Positions 17,490-31,157 of a stretch of 64,000 nucleotides of DNA are shown here, piece by piece (the stretch's first letter is position 1; each line of letters starts with the position of its first letter). The stretch spans positions 2,389,361-2,453,360 of the forward strand of contig CM074805.1 in NCBI GenBank assembly GCA_037447605.1, read 5' to 3'. A program made the translations under genes and the position numbers. The DNA is from Zygnema circumcarinatum SAG 698-1b (lineage: Eukaryota > Plantae > Zygnematophyceae). The notes under the pieces are model-generated. The model worked only from the letters and a program-made list of their open reading frames with translations. It did no database searches and was not told where the DNA came from.

Positions 17490-17536
17490 GGAGCTGAAGC
17501 TGAAGCTGGAGCTGAAGCTGGAGCTGAAGCTGGAGC
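17490..17536. repeat. G(A/G)AGCT hexamer array upstream of ALAAT
   Basis: ggagctgaagctgaagctggagctgaagctggagctgaagctggagc. Confidence 0.85.
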
Positions 17537-18242
17537 AGTTTGGGCTGGGCTTAGGGAGGCACCGCGGGAGCTTTTTCTGTACGGTAGACATCCAGAAGGG
17601 GGATTCATTCCTAGATTTTGCGTAATATATCTGAAATCAGAATCAGTGCTGAACTTTTCTCTGACCTTGATTGGAAAAGACAGTTTGGAATAACTTCGTT
17701 TTTATGAAGTTCCTTACAGAGCGGCACTTACAGGTACTGTACTGTACGTTAATATTGACAGAGCCGTGCAGGACAGGCTGTCGCGACGACATCATCATTT
17801 GTTAAGTTGGATGGACCTCGCAATAACCGCTCCTCGTTGCCGTTTCGATCGGTATTCGCCTTACATTTATTCGCTTGTCAATATGTTTGCCATCTCAGGA
17901 AAGAATTGTTCGGTGGTGCTCCATAAGTTCTTGAACAAATAACCGATCCCTTGGCAAAATTTAAGCAACGCTGTCGTACAGCATTCGGTATGGCAGCGAG
18001 GACACTGAATGCTGCAACACTTTTGAGCATGCGCTAAAGTGAATTAACTGACATCAATACTGCAGACTGACAGAAACAACAGTATCAACATCAAGCCTCA
18101 AGAGGCCCACGATAACCATCATTTCATGAGAACATCAAAAATTGATAGGCCGTAAGTGAGCCCGTCTTTACACATATTATGGAAGGACTAATTGACCAAC
18201 TACCAGCTTTCTACCTAACGTGTGGCTCAGTCTGCCGAGAGG

Positions 18243-21200
18243 TTACTCAGCTTCCTTATCCGCCTCAGCATTGGGCAGGCCTTCAGGAATTTTGGGCGGG
18301 GATTCAGGGATTTTGGGCGGGCCATCAGAGATACTCTCAACACCGAGAGAGTGAGGTAAAGCGAGAAGGGCCTGTTGAGAAGGGCCGGCGGAAGTTTCTT
18401 CTGTCTCCAAAGGTCTGCCAGGGCCATAGTCTGCGCCCTGTAGGCTATCCACGGCCATGGCAGCCCTTCCTGTGTAGGCAACCTGCATTTGCCCGCCCAA
18501 TACCTTCAGCCCAGGTGAGCCGTAATGGTGAAAGCAAGCTTGCTTGTGCCCCAATGATGCAACAACTCTAACCTACCACGGAGGGAACAAGTTAAGGCCT
18601 TCATGCGTTAGGCACACCCGGTCAAAGAATAAGCTTGCAATTCTTGTTACTACGCAACGGTATCTGCTAACTGAAATTGGCGAACATGAAAGAACACTTT
18701 AATGGCAGAGATTATCTCCTGGCATACTTGAATGCTTCAGACAGCCTCGTCACTTCAACCAAGGACAAAACATTAAGCAAGGGGCAATATGACTTCCTAG
18801 AGAATATCTACAGCAGAGGCAGTGCCTTACTTGCTGCTGTTGATGGTTCCAGCGCTCATATCGCATACCCACAATAGCTGCCATTTCCTGGATGCCGCTA
18901 ACAAGGTATTGTTGACCAGTATCTCCTTCCAATCTGCTTGTTGGTGAACTTTCCTCCTCCAGGACGAGTGCCAAGCGGTCGGGTCGTTGAAGCAGCAGCT
19001 GAAAGGTTGGCTGCAGCTCAAAGCACTGTTCAAAGAGGCTGCGACGACAGAATACATACAGCCCAAGGCGTGCTCGACTCATTGCAACTACAAGTCGCCG
19101 GACATCTCGCAAGTGACCAACTGTCTTTGTGCGCACAAGGGAGAGCAGAATGACATCTGCAAAGGGAACGCCACAGACAATGCATGAGTGCGTTAGCAAA
19201 TGGAAGCAATGAAGCCATGGAAAGGAGGGTTAAGGGAGAGCAAGGGACAGAAGAAGCGAACAAAAGGATTGAAGCAAACAGATGGATTGGGAAACGAACA
19301 AGCGAACGAGTAAACAGACAAACCAGCGCAGCGCAAACAGAAGCCAAGAAGGAGAGGTAAATGAGAAGTGAACAAGAGAACGCTCTGACAAAAGGTGTTG
19401 GTAAGAGTTTTGAGGTCCTAATATGAGGCACTTGAAATTTTGATGCATATGCACTTTATTATATGAGACCTTCAACGAATCCGTTAGACAGCTACTTACA
19501 AGGGAACTCTCAAGGTAATGCGCATAGAGCAATCAATCCTATAAGCCCTGGAAGCATAGCATGAAAATGGTCCAGCCAAATTTTCCCAACATGCTAAAAT
19601 GAGCTGGAGGTGCAAGCAAAGTAATGGAACATACCGTTTTGCTGACCCTGGTATCGATCCACTGTGGTGACCTGCATGCCAGTCACAGTCATCCATAAAC
19701 TTCTTGTCGCCACAATACCTCACGCCTTTGTCTAGAGAATGACCTCCCTTTGCAACAGAAGGAATGCAGCATTTCCATAGCTTACAAGATCACAAACCTT
19801 GCAAATTGTGATAAGCATCTGTAACATAGTAATGTAACATAGTCCGTAACAATACAAATAAAAATAGGAAAACCTCATGGCTCCCATCTGTACGTACCTT
19901 GCTGGGCTCTCCAAAGAGGGGGTGCCCTGAGCACCGCCGTTTCACTACATCCCTAATAAGGTGCTTCTGGCCATTGTATGTCGTGAGAATGGCGATGCGC
20001 TCAGCTGGATACCCCATCAGCCGCATGTATTGAAAGCAGCTTACCACGTATTCAGCTTCGCCTAGGTTCTGATAAAACCAGGGATTGGGTTCCATCTCCC
20101 CTCGGCCTTCCCAATCTGGAACGTCAACCAGCTGCAACCTCCCAGTAATCCAGGAAAAATCAATCGCATTTAACTCTCTCATGTAGTTTCCATAAAGAAC
20201 AAACTAACTGAATATCGTAAAAAATGGGACAATGCCAAGGCGTAGTCAAAATGACCTATTTGAAGTGCCTGAACACATGCCCAGGGCTAAAAGGCAAGAA
20301 GCGACTCCCGATGTACCCGAAAAATCCATGTACTATTGAGTCAATAAGTAGTACTCAATACGACAAAGCAGGGCCGGGGTCATCATGAACATGCACCAGA
20401 AGGAACACGCAAACCATGACCACTGAAGCTTTTGACTTAAAGATTTCAAACGCTCACCAATCATGTAACAATCTTATGGGATGATAACGACAGTGTAGTA
20501 AAGGGAGCTGGATTGACAAAGTCGAGAGGACAGCGAAAATGATGCATTCAAGACCAATTCACGTATTGAAAGGAGAACAGCACGGCATTGCTGAACAGAG
20601 CTGAGATGCAAACTAACTGCAAACCAAAGCACAACTGATGTTAAATTTGGCAGTTGACTTTGGTCAGAATTAGATTGTCGTGATGAACCTAGGCTCTATC
20701 TGTCATTTCCTGTACTTATAATGAACATAGGCAAACGACGAGTGGAAAATGACCACTCCAGAGAGACACATTTGCGGTCCAGATCATCCATCCATAGTCC
20801 CACAATTGATCAATATTTCCAGGTAAAACCACAGACGAATCAAACTAGAATCATCTGTGGCACAGTCAAACACCCTGAGGCCACTTAATGCCCATTTTGG
20901 CAACAAATAATTCTATTTACATTCTTCAACCACAAAGTCAAGCAACATCAGTCGCCATTCATCTGGCATCGTCAACACGAAAGACTGTAAATACAAAAGT
21001 ATTGGTGCAACAGTGCCTATCTCTCTTGCTAACACAAAAGGAGGCAAAGGGCTCATCTTACCTGAAATGGGTACGCAAAGCCTGCATTCGCCAGCTGATA
21101 CTCTCTCTCACTCTTCACATGGGGTAAATCTCCAAGTGCCCGATACCGCCAGTTGTACAGACACGCAATTGTAGGCCGAGCCCGACCTTGAGCATTAAGC

Positions 21201-24200
21201 TCCGTATATGGGACTCCTAGGCGAACAAACCGTGTGAAAAGACTCTGATCCATGTGGCTGTACTTTTGGAAGGCCATGTTTTTCACAACGGGCGGGAGCT
21301 GGTGGTGATCACCAATAAGGACAACTCGCTTCAAACGGGCCCGTCCATCTTGTGGCTGCTGCAGAAGCATAGGAATAAACGTTTCAATCTCCAGAATCTG
21401 CAACCACGAAAAGTAGAAAAGACCAAAACGGACCGAAAAAGTGAGCATGGGATTTGAAGCTCCATCGCGCTTCCTTCGTCCCACTCGGACAAAAGGTGAT
21501 AAAATCATTTTGTCCAGGCAAAGAGGCATGCTCCCCTCCATTTGGAAAGACAGCGTCAAAATGGTTAGTGAATATCCAAATATTCCTGCTTTAACCACAA
21601 TCTTCTCCAAGTCCCGGCTCTCTTGCCATGCACGCATCCACTTTCTACATCTCATACATTTTCGGACCATTCTTTTCAGCTACCAGACCTCCCAAAAGCA
21701 CATAGGTCACTTCACATCTCATAGAGTGATTCTTTCACTTGCAGTTTGGATAGTAAAGACACACAACTCCTCACCTGTGCTGACTCCTCGACGACCACTG
21801 AATCATACTTGAAGCGTAAGTTCAGAAAGTCGCGGCGCTTCAGAGCTGCATGTGTGCAGGTCATCGCCACAATTTTTGCCTGCTTCGTCATTAAGTAATT
21901 AGACCTGTCCGCTGTTGTCTTCAGAAGTTCAAAGGCCCTACATTCTTCCAGCTCCTGAAACATGATCTTCAGGTGCCGAAAACAGCCCTGTGCAACACGC
22001 ATGTCTTGAACATACGATTGGCCACGAAGAATAAACCGTGGTGCATTGTGGAAGTACTCTGTAAATGGAAAACGCTCTTTTACAACCGATGCTACTCCCA
22101 AAGCAGCCTGCTTCTCACATTCTGCAGAGAACTCCTCCCAACGTGAAAGGATTCGCAGCAACCAAAAATGAGCTGCAGTTTCACATGTATATGCCACGTC
22201 CATGGGAAGCTTCAGTGTTGCTGCCAAGCGTTCCACATTTGCAAGAAGTTCAAGCCGGCGGGAAAGCATGTAATTCACTCGGCCTTGGCGGCTGAAGTCC
22301 TGCTCTGTGTCCAGCTCTTGCTCTCCCATTCCAAGACGCAACAAATAGCGCCCCGGGACGTCACGCTGTAAAAAAAAATAAAAAAATAAAAATAAAAACC
22401 CACATTCATGCAGTGTTAGAAAGTCGATGACCAGAATCTGGCAAGTTGCAAACAAGTCAATCAAAATCTATAAGATTTTACGTGGTAAACAATTCACGTA
22501 AACAGTTCCTCGAGACTTCATACGAAAGAATTATCTTGGAATTGCAAATGATTAGGACTAGGGGAACAAGTCAGGAAGTCAATGAATCATCTTATACGTT
22601 CCTTAACAGCTAGGCGACCGCATTACTATTCCGAAGGAATCACAAATGATTGTATTGTCAAAGCTAGCTGACGGAGCTAATGAAGAAGCTTGGACATGAA
22701 AATCAAGCTGAATATAATCGGGGCACTAATTTACTATTCCACATACAGTTGCATCCAAGCTTGCATCCAAATCCAGTTGCCAACAACCAAAGATGGCCAA
22801 AAACGAGCATCAAAGCAAACACGTGCGATCCAAAAAACCGTGTTGAGAAATGGAAGAAACAGGATTCATTTGCGAAGTCAAACTGGCTGAGTTCATAGAT
22901 GCAAACCTGCATAATTTTTTCAAAGAGCTGGTTCAATGCTTGGTTGGAATGTGTGATGAGAAGGGTGCGCTGTCCAGGGAAGTTGTGATACAGCACATGC
23001 AGAATCTGCACAGCTGTATCCGTTTTGCCAGTTCCCGGAGGGCCAACGACCATGGTAAGGCCGGGTTGCACTCCTGCAAGAATTGCATCCACCTGCCATC
23101 AATTTACAAAGAGATTTTTAGTCTACGAGGTGTTGATGAAAGATATCAAGGGAACAAAAGTGGCAGTCCTCGCATGTTGTCTTCATTGTTTGTGCCAAAA
23201 TAAAAATGGTCCAAAAAATAAAACACACCACGCGCTACACTCACGTTCACAGATACAGGAAACCAAACAAACAAAGTGTGCCCACCGTTGCTTCCACCCT
23301 CTCTACCCTCCAACCAACTACTCCGAATGCCGTTCGAATCTGATGTCTTATTGCATAACAATCAGGTTGAGACAACGTGCAATTACCTCAAGCACCATCA
23401 ACTAACACAGAATTCTCAGCACTCTGGACCATATTATTGCGACCATTCAGCACACATAGCTGATACACGTGCATGAACGGGGCGTTAATCACCTGTACTG
23501 GCGTAAAGCGCACTGTGTTTTGTTTGGGCTGATCCTGTGGGTAGGGGCCAGGATCTGGAGGAGTGTAAGCCTCGGCAGTAAGCAGAGGTTTTTGCTCTGA
23601 GGGTTTATCTGCAACTTCCTCTGGGACAGGCTCTGACACTGCGCTCTTTCGTTTGCTACCTCGGACTACAGCTGGGGGATTTTTATCTGCTTCTGGCAGC
23701 ATTACTCGAAATGGGGGCTTTGGGTCTTTGTCCTCTTCCCCATCAGGTGTAATAAAGCGAACCTGAAAAAAAAACCCCACCACGAAAAATGAGGTTTGGT
23801 AAAAGAAAATCTATCCGCTGAAAGAATTCATATCAGCATTCGCCAAACTGTGTCTGCAATTGAAAGAGAACGCATATCATAACAGAAAGTAGGAAAGAGC
23901 ACTTGGGCAGATACAAGTGTCTACATCCAAAGAGAGAACTTTCTCTCGAGGAACCTGCATCTGTGCAGAGAAAAAGCTTAAAAGCAGAAAAAGTTCTGCA
24001 TAGCTGAGTCAAGCGAATGACGAGCTTTGATAGCACAGAAAAGGTTCGACGGGATAAAGCATACAATGCCAGCTACCAAACGAGGAATTGAGAAAAAAAT
24101 GGGAAAGTTCGCTCATATCTATTCACCTGGTATGCTGGAAAGCTGTCGTTCAAGTGCTGTGCATCGAGGAAGGTATCCTTAAAGTCAATGGCACGAAGCT

Positions 24201-27200
24201 GATCCTCCTTAGGCATACTCTGCCATTGCGCTGCCGCCGGATTGTCGTACCCAAGAAAGATATCATGTAACCATTGAGGCACAGAAGCATCTTCATTCAT
24301 CAAGTCGCGTATCGATTCCAAGATGGCTTTAAAATTGTTCTCCTTGGGCTTCCTCCTCAACAGTACATTAAAGCTGGTATATACATCCTCTCGTCCGCTT
24401 TGCGCCTGTGCTTCTACATCTAACTGATACTGCGCAGGATCTAAAGCCACCGTAACCGTCCGCATCTGACCCTGTGGTGGTTTCCAGTCCTCCCTTTTAA
24501 TCCTCCCTGTCATGTCATTCATAAGCACACTTCCTTCATCCCGAATTTCTACCACTTCGCAACCTCGAACATGGCGCAGGCCATACCTTTCATGCACAGG
24601 AAGTTGCATTGCTGCCTCTCTAGTTAAGGCCTCTGTCGGTGCAACAATAGTAAGCAGAAAGAGCACATCGTGTTCCTTCAGCTCATCCCATTCTGCTTTG
24701 ATGTTGGCCGGGAATCGTCCCACCGTGAACTGCACCTGAGCCGTAACAGCAGCAGGCTTTACCTCACCAATATGTGGTTGCTTCACCTCTGTAACTTCAA
24801 AGTTTTGAAGCTTAACAGCCATACGAGCCCATCCCCTAAATGTAGTTTCAGCATCCAATCCCACTGCAGCCTGCATGCGTGCAATAGCCTCTTCTATATC
24901 ACCTCGAATCTCATATGTTGACTCCAAGCGGAACAGGTTGAAGTTCCGCAGCAAGTAGTCATGAAGGGTCAGAAACTGCAGGTTCAACTTGGGAAGTGCC
25001 AAACAGCCTTCTCCCGTATAATGGATGCTGGGAACAAGGCTTTCGTCCCACATCACATCCTCATTAGGGTACAAAGGCAGTGCATTAAGAGCCAACCTTT
25101 GAGACTTCCGCTTTTCAAAAGACGTTAATGTGACCTCCATAAGGAAGTCAGCCCGTGTTACCCATGGATCGTCAGGAGCAACAAGATGCAACTGCACAGC
25201 CACAGCACCCCATCCTTGTCAACCACCCCTCACAATACGATACAACAATAATCCAATACCAGACATGTTTCAAGCACACTAAAGAGATTAAGATAAAACA
25301 TCGGCTGTGATCTCCTGTAAAAATAAATGAATAAAAATGAGTATCAACGAAGTTCTTACCACGAGGAAAAGAAAAAGGGGCAAGCGACTGGCCCTTTTGT
25401 GAATAAAACCCACTACAGCAGTTTCATTGTGACAACCACTCTTATTGCATACCAACAACAGTATACAATACATAGACATAGGGATTCATGCTGTTGGCAT
25501 GCCCTAATACCTACAATAATTCATAATGAGGGCCTTTCTCACCATGCCAATCACCAAGCCTTTCAGCTCCTCCTCTGAGAGAGATCTCAAGTGCTTCCTC
25601 AGCTCACTGCGTTTTTCCACTGATCCAATGTTTGCCAATGCCAATTGTTGCAACTGTACCAACCCATACACCCCCCAGGAATGTGGATGAAGAAATGCAA
25701 TGCTTTGATGAACTGCATAAAAAAAAATCTCCAACCAGGTAACAAAAATCGGCTCTGGCCTTACCTTAGCAAAGGGAAGGGGAACATTAAGTTTGCAAAA
25801 CCATTGTGACCGCAGTCTCAAGGCCATCAAAACAGTTTCGTCAACATGGCCAACAAAAGGGTGAAGAAAAATCTAGTATGGACCACGAGGAAAGCAGTTG
25901 AGAAGGAAGGAAACCGCGTGTTCAGTGTAAGTAAATGTTCCAAGTCATGAACTGAGTCTAGCAAGATTCGCAGAGGTTTCTTAACACTCCTTGTTCTGTG
26001 CTCTCATAGCCATTGGCGGCCCATGAGCTCGCGATTTGGAAATATTAAAGCTTGGGGAGATTAGGAAGGAACAAAGCAGGCACTAACCGGGCTCTGTCTT
26101 TCCATGCTTCTGTCCCTCAGCTGTGTCTGGGCCTTTCTGAATAGGAAGGGCGGTGTTTTACCTGCAAAGGCACCACTAGAATGGCTGTGAATAGAGGGAT
26201 TAAGAAAGGTGTACGTTGGACACTAAGATCTTACAAGTGTAAAGGCGAATATTTACTAGGTTTGTTTGTACGTGCTAAAGATTGACATGAGCGTTTATGC
26301 CCATATCTATATGATAGCGGTATTTCATCTGTATCCCCGGTGTCTACCTCAGAAGTAGCGAAGCCCTGACTGCTTACATCTAGTATGCTCGTTGCTGATT
26401 AAACTACCTCAATATGCGAAGTCGCTAAACAAGTGCTGTGAGCTGCCTAACGGATCTGGGGCGGAAGCGAGGTGGCATAATCGATTCGTATGGCACGAAG
26501 ATAAGTTTCTTTAAATATGAAATGAGTCCCCTTTTTGATAGGTACTCAGAGGTGAAGTCAAAAACTAGAAAATAACACACAATAGTAGACGCGAGAGCTT
26601 GCGCTTGCGCTTGAGTAGTGATTAACACTTTCTGTCAGTCAAATACAATCCCGATCGCTAAGAAAACGGGTTTTGAGTATTCCTAAGGCTTTGAAAAAGA
26701 CTTCAGATCAAGAGAAAATGAAACGGAGGTGCGAGCCACAACATAAAATCAAATCATGGACATGAATTTGGCAGGAAACTTTGTCAAAGGATGAGAACAA
26801 ACGGCTGCGTGTCTACGACAAGGGCCTTGTGGGCTATGCAACAATTACAACTTCCACAGGAACTAGTGAAGTAAAATAAATGGGTTGCCCTTGCCTAACA
26901 TTATCCTTGCATTAAGCCTCCAGAAAAAACTTTGTGGCATTAACAAAGCGAGCACAAGGTACATACTGAAAAGGGCTCCAAGAGGCCCTCAAGCAAGCTC
27001 ATTTCGTAATTGCAAGCTTGTAGCACAAAAAAACAACCAGCCATTCAGTTCTTAAACTATAACTCAATCTTATACTTCAGGAGCCACTGAGCCGCCCTGA
27101 AGTAGAGAAAGTCATCCAGTGTATGAAGAGACAGTATGGCTTAGGACGACATGTCTGCACTTGAATGTGCTTACTCATGCAACGTTTGAGAAGGAAAAAC

Positions 27201-30200
27201 CATGAAAGCATGTGAGAAAGCACTAAAAAATCTCGTCAGAATCGAGATCTGCCTCGTGGGCTTTTCAGGCCAGTAACCAAAGCACACAACAAACACCAAT
27301 TCAAGGACCGAGATTATGAAACCAACCTTTGGCATTTGCTTGAAGAGCAGACGTTGAAGCCCCTGCAATCGCTCGCAGTGGCGCGCCTGAACTTCCTCAT
27401 CAGAGAGCTGCTTCCCTGTATGGTCATCAATCTCAAAGCCTTCGTAGAATCGTAGCAAATCTGTAAGCTGTGAAAAGAGACGGCCTGCTGGATGACCATG
27501 AAGAGGTGCCATGCGGCATTTAACAACCACAGCACGATCCAGCACTAATGCTCGGAAAAACCTGCAAGTTCACGTGTTTATCAGTCAGCACTTCAGTTCA
27601 TCTCAACAGGAAACCTCATCTGCAAGTTCCAAACTATTATTTTGCCTGGCAACAAATGGGACCTCACCGTCGAGTAGGCAATTGGCTAAGAAGATCGATG
27701 AGAAGCTCCAGAAAACGCTCACAGTACAACACCATGGCTGCATCCACAGTAGAAGTTTCTTCTTCCTTTTCATCCAGGGCATCATTTTCGGGAACAACAG
27801 ATAGAAGTATCTGCACGGCACAGATCACAATCAATGTCTAGGTTGAATCTTTACTGAAATAGGTGAATTACCATCTACAACGCTATAATCTCAACTGCAT
27901 ATCCAACAGATTACGTGCAATTCACTCCTGAATAAAAATCTTACCTCCATAAATTCATCAAGCAGAGATGGAAGCAGCTTCACTTCTGGTCGCTGCATAG
28001 GAGGTACTGCAGCCTTCCCAGCTGCTTTTGCTGCTCTTGCTTCCTTCTTTAGTAATTTCTGCCAAGGCGTCTGTAAGGTTGGGCAGGAAAAGAGCTCATG
28101 CTGCACATGTCACCAGGAACAAAAAAAAAATGAATACTCAATCTAGTCTTTCATCCAGACGACACAAAATTGAGCATTTAGAAGCATACTGTACGAATTG
28201 AAAAAGACAAGGAAGGCAGGCTTATAATGTATAATGAGACTTACAAGATGCCCCAAAAACTAATTCAACAAAAAAATGCTTCTTAACTGGGGGTTTCGAT
28301 TTCCCTATTACACTGTCTTTAACCGCTATACACTAGTTTTATCTAATATTGAAAAATGGGCTTGAAAAAATCTTTCAAAAACACACAAGTCTATTTAGAA
28401 AGGCCACAAAAGCCAAAAGAACATTTCACCATGTGACTTTGTATTAGATGAATGGAGAGCCGAACGATAAATTGAAGCTAAAATGGGAAACACACTAATA
28501 GCATCAAGAAACGTACCCTGAGACGTGGCACAGAGAGCGTATGCCACAGGGGCAGCCCCACCAGCTGCAGCACTTGTGGCCGGACCATCTCATCTTCCAG
28601 ACTCTGCAACATCAGCGTGGGCCAAAAACATGATTCTTCCCTCCGCACCATACTTAAGACCTTTCCACTCGCCGTTTACGTTATGCAATGGAGAAAACGA
28701 TCCTCAGGACATGCAAATTTGTTTTTCACTTGCCGAATGCAAATAGGAATAACGGAGAGAATAGAGGCTCAAACCTGAAAACAGTTAATCATAAAGAGAA
28801 GATAGTTGATCTTTTCATAGATAGATATCTCCGTCCCTTCCTGACATCCCACCCGGCGATTCAACATCTCACATCAGCCTCACACCACCTTGGCCGATCA
28901 TATTGCTCGTGTTGTTGACTCCGTTTATACTTAAAGAATCGATGAAACCTAGGTGAAAATTGATTTGTAAACGTAGCCCTAAGTGGTCCGAAGGAAAAAA
29001 AAAATGGTGACATGCCGGAGGTGAGAAACTGGCGAAGCTGGGCCAAATCACCTTGAGCGACAAAACACGCCGAAAAAAAGATGGAAACACTTCTTTTCGT
29101 GGATGAAGTCCGCTGAAGGCTGGAACATTCTCCCGAAACTGCAGTGGATTCACCAAGGAGAAAGCGAGGATAAGTGAGGAAATGAGGAGGCGTTTTTTAT
29201 GCCACGACAGCAGCACTATTACGGCGTCCACTCAGCTCTAAGCACGTCTGACTTATATGAACATGCACATGATTCAACCGATAAACAGACGAACAAGCAG
29301 CCAAAACAGATACAGGAGGATATGCTGGGACTTTGGGAAGAGTTCACACAGCATTATTAGAGAAGCTGATGGATGGGTTCTGAGAGCAGGTTTTAGAAAG
29401 GTCATAGAACTCAAACAAGGTCAAAGAAATTAAGCATGAAGGGAAAAAATGGGACTTGTACTACACTCGTCTAAACAAGAGGAAACGTAACTGATAAAAA
29501 ACTAAAAGGCTGCATGAACGATCAAGTACAATTTGTCCGTGCATAAGTCAATGAACAAAAGAAAATTGGGCTGTTTAGTAAAATGAATGGTTGCTTCAAC
29601 ATTGATTGGAGTTAGCTAACGCATTTAGAATGAAATGAGTTTGCTGGTAACGTTGAAAACCACGACATCCCCCATAATTTCTTCGTGAAATTTCAATATC
29701 TTTGCGAGCAATTCCGTACAGTACAATCGTAATAGAAAATTCTAGAAAAAGACTAAGTGTGTTCTGAGAGTTATGGTTAACAATGTAAAATTTTAGGTTT
29801 GTAACACAGGTTTAATTTCGAAACATGGACACTAACATTGCCGGTAATAAAAACAAACTGGGTGTCAGGGTTGGCAAGTGAGGATTGAATGAGGAGCAGA
29901 GTTATGACTAAAGTTGCAAGTGACCAAACAATCAAAAATCTAGGTAAGGATCAAAAGGGTGTAGCCTTATCTGAAAAAAACGATCACCTTTTCATTGAGC
30001 ATGAGTATGATCGACATAACATGCTCATATGTGGCCGACTCCGCTTCAAAATTCGGCCAGAGATACTTCTCCAGATACTGGCTAACCTCTAGCACCATGA
30101 CCCGCTGCAAAGGAACCGTCCTGTTGCCACGTATGACCTTTAACTCCGTCCTGTAAATCTCAACCACTAAGTCCGCATTGAAGGGAACCTGCCGCTTCAC

Positions 30201-30455
30201 AGCAGCTGCGGACCAGTTGGCAGCTGCGATCCGAGTCAGCTTATCCCTTTCAATCTCGTAAACTGTCAGAGCCTTCCCCGGCGCCACTCCAAGCTTTGGC
30301 TCCGCCGCCTTCTGTATCTCCGCCGCCATGGCGGGGACCAGAGCGCTCTCATCGTCCCCGACGCTGCGATACTCCACCACTTTCGCCCGCTTGAACGACT
30401 GCCATTCCGCACTGCCGGGCCCGACCGGCGAGGGAGACGGCGCCACGGCAGCCAT
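18243..30455 (-). CDS. AQR: Intron-binding spliceosomal helicase Aquarius (EMB2765/MAC7 homologue), multi-exon
   Basis: Exons include [162 protein letters not shown] and [14 protein letters not shown]. The acceptor of the last exon is uncertain. Confidence 0.96.
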
Positions 30456-30928
30456 GCCGGCAGCTGTCTCTCTAGCGCCCCTCCCTCTCTGCAGAAGCCC
30501 TAGCCTTTCCCGCGGCCGCGGCATTCATAGGGCGGGGCAGCATGGAACGGCGAACGCCGACGCTGCAGGTTACGGTTCCAGTTCCCCATGGAATCTTCCT
30601 TCAGTTGTACGCGCAACAGGGCCGCGGCTCAGCCTGCATAGAGCGCGGCGCCTTCCCCGGCTTCTGGCCGCCTGGCGCCATCGCCGGGCGGTTGCCGTAC
30701 GGCCGCCCGCTGAAACTCTCCAACCCCTGACGTCCGTGTGGTACGGTCTTTCCGTACTTTACCATACAGTCATCAATGCCCCAGGCGGGCCAGGCCCCTG
30801 CACCGCGGTAATGGGTGCGTGGCGTGACGAGACGTGACGCGACGTGACGTGTGGGTGGGCCCGCCCCTGCAGCCGTTGACGAACGCGGGGGGAGTCGGGG
30901 AGCAGAGAGAGCCGTGACGTCACGCCTG

Positions 30929-31006
30929 CCCTCCCTCCATCCTAGACGTCGCTCTCCTTCCCTCCCACCCTCCCTCCATCCTAGACGTCGCTCTCCTTCC
31001 CTCCCA
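30929..31006. repeat. 39-bp perfect tandem duplication in the AQR/SEC1 divergent spacer
   Basis: CCCTCCCTCCATCCTAGACGTCGCTCTCCTTCCCTCCCA at 30929 and 30968, followed by a (TC)n(TG)n microsatellite at about 31068-31100. Confidence 0.9.
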
Positions 31007-31157
31007 CCCTCCCTCCCACCCTCCCTCCGTCCGCCCTCTCGCCACAGCTCGCCTGGTCGTCGGTGCCCTCTGTCTCTCTCTCTCTGTGTGTGTGTGTGTG
31101 CCTGAGAGATCCCTCCCGTTCCCTTTTCGTGCTCGTGGACCGCCCTGCGCATCCGCC

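Noticed and set aside
18282-18323. 21-bp near-duplication ([14 protein letters not shown]) in the AQR C-terminal tail
   Set aside because: A small indel-type repeat in a poorly conserved disordered tail. Ordinary variation.
25990-26240. Possible decayed LINE C-terminal (WxIWxERN-like) or U2 snRNA-like words in the longest AQR intron
   Set aside because: The resemblance needs frameshifts or insertions and is limited to a few residues or bases. Not supportable without a search.
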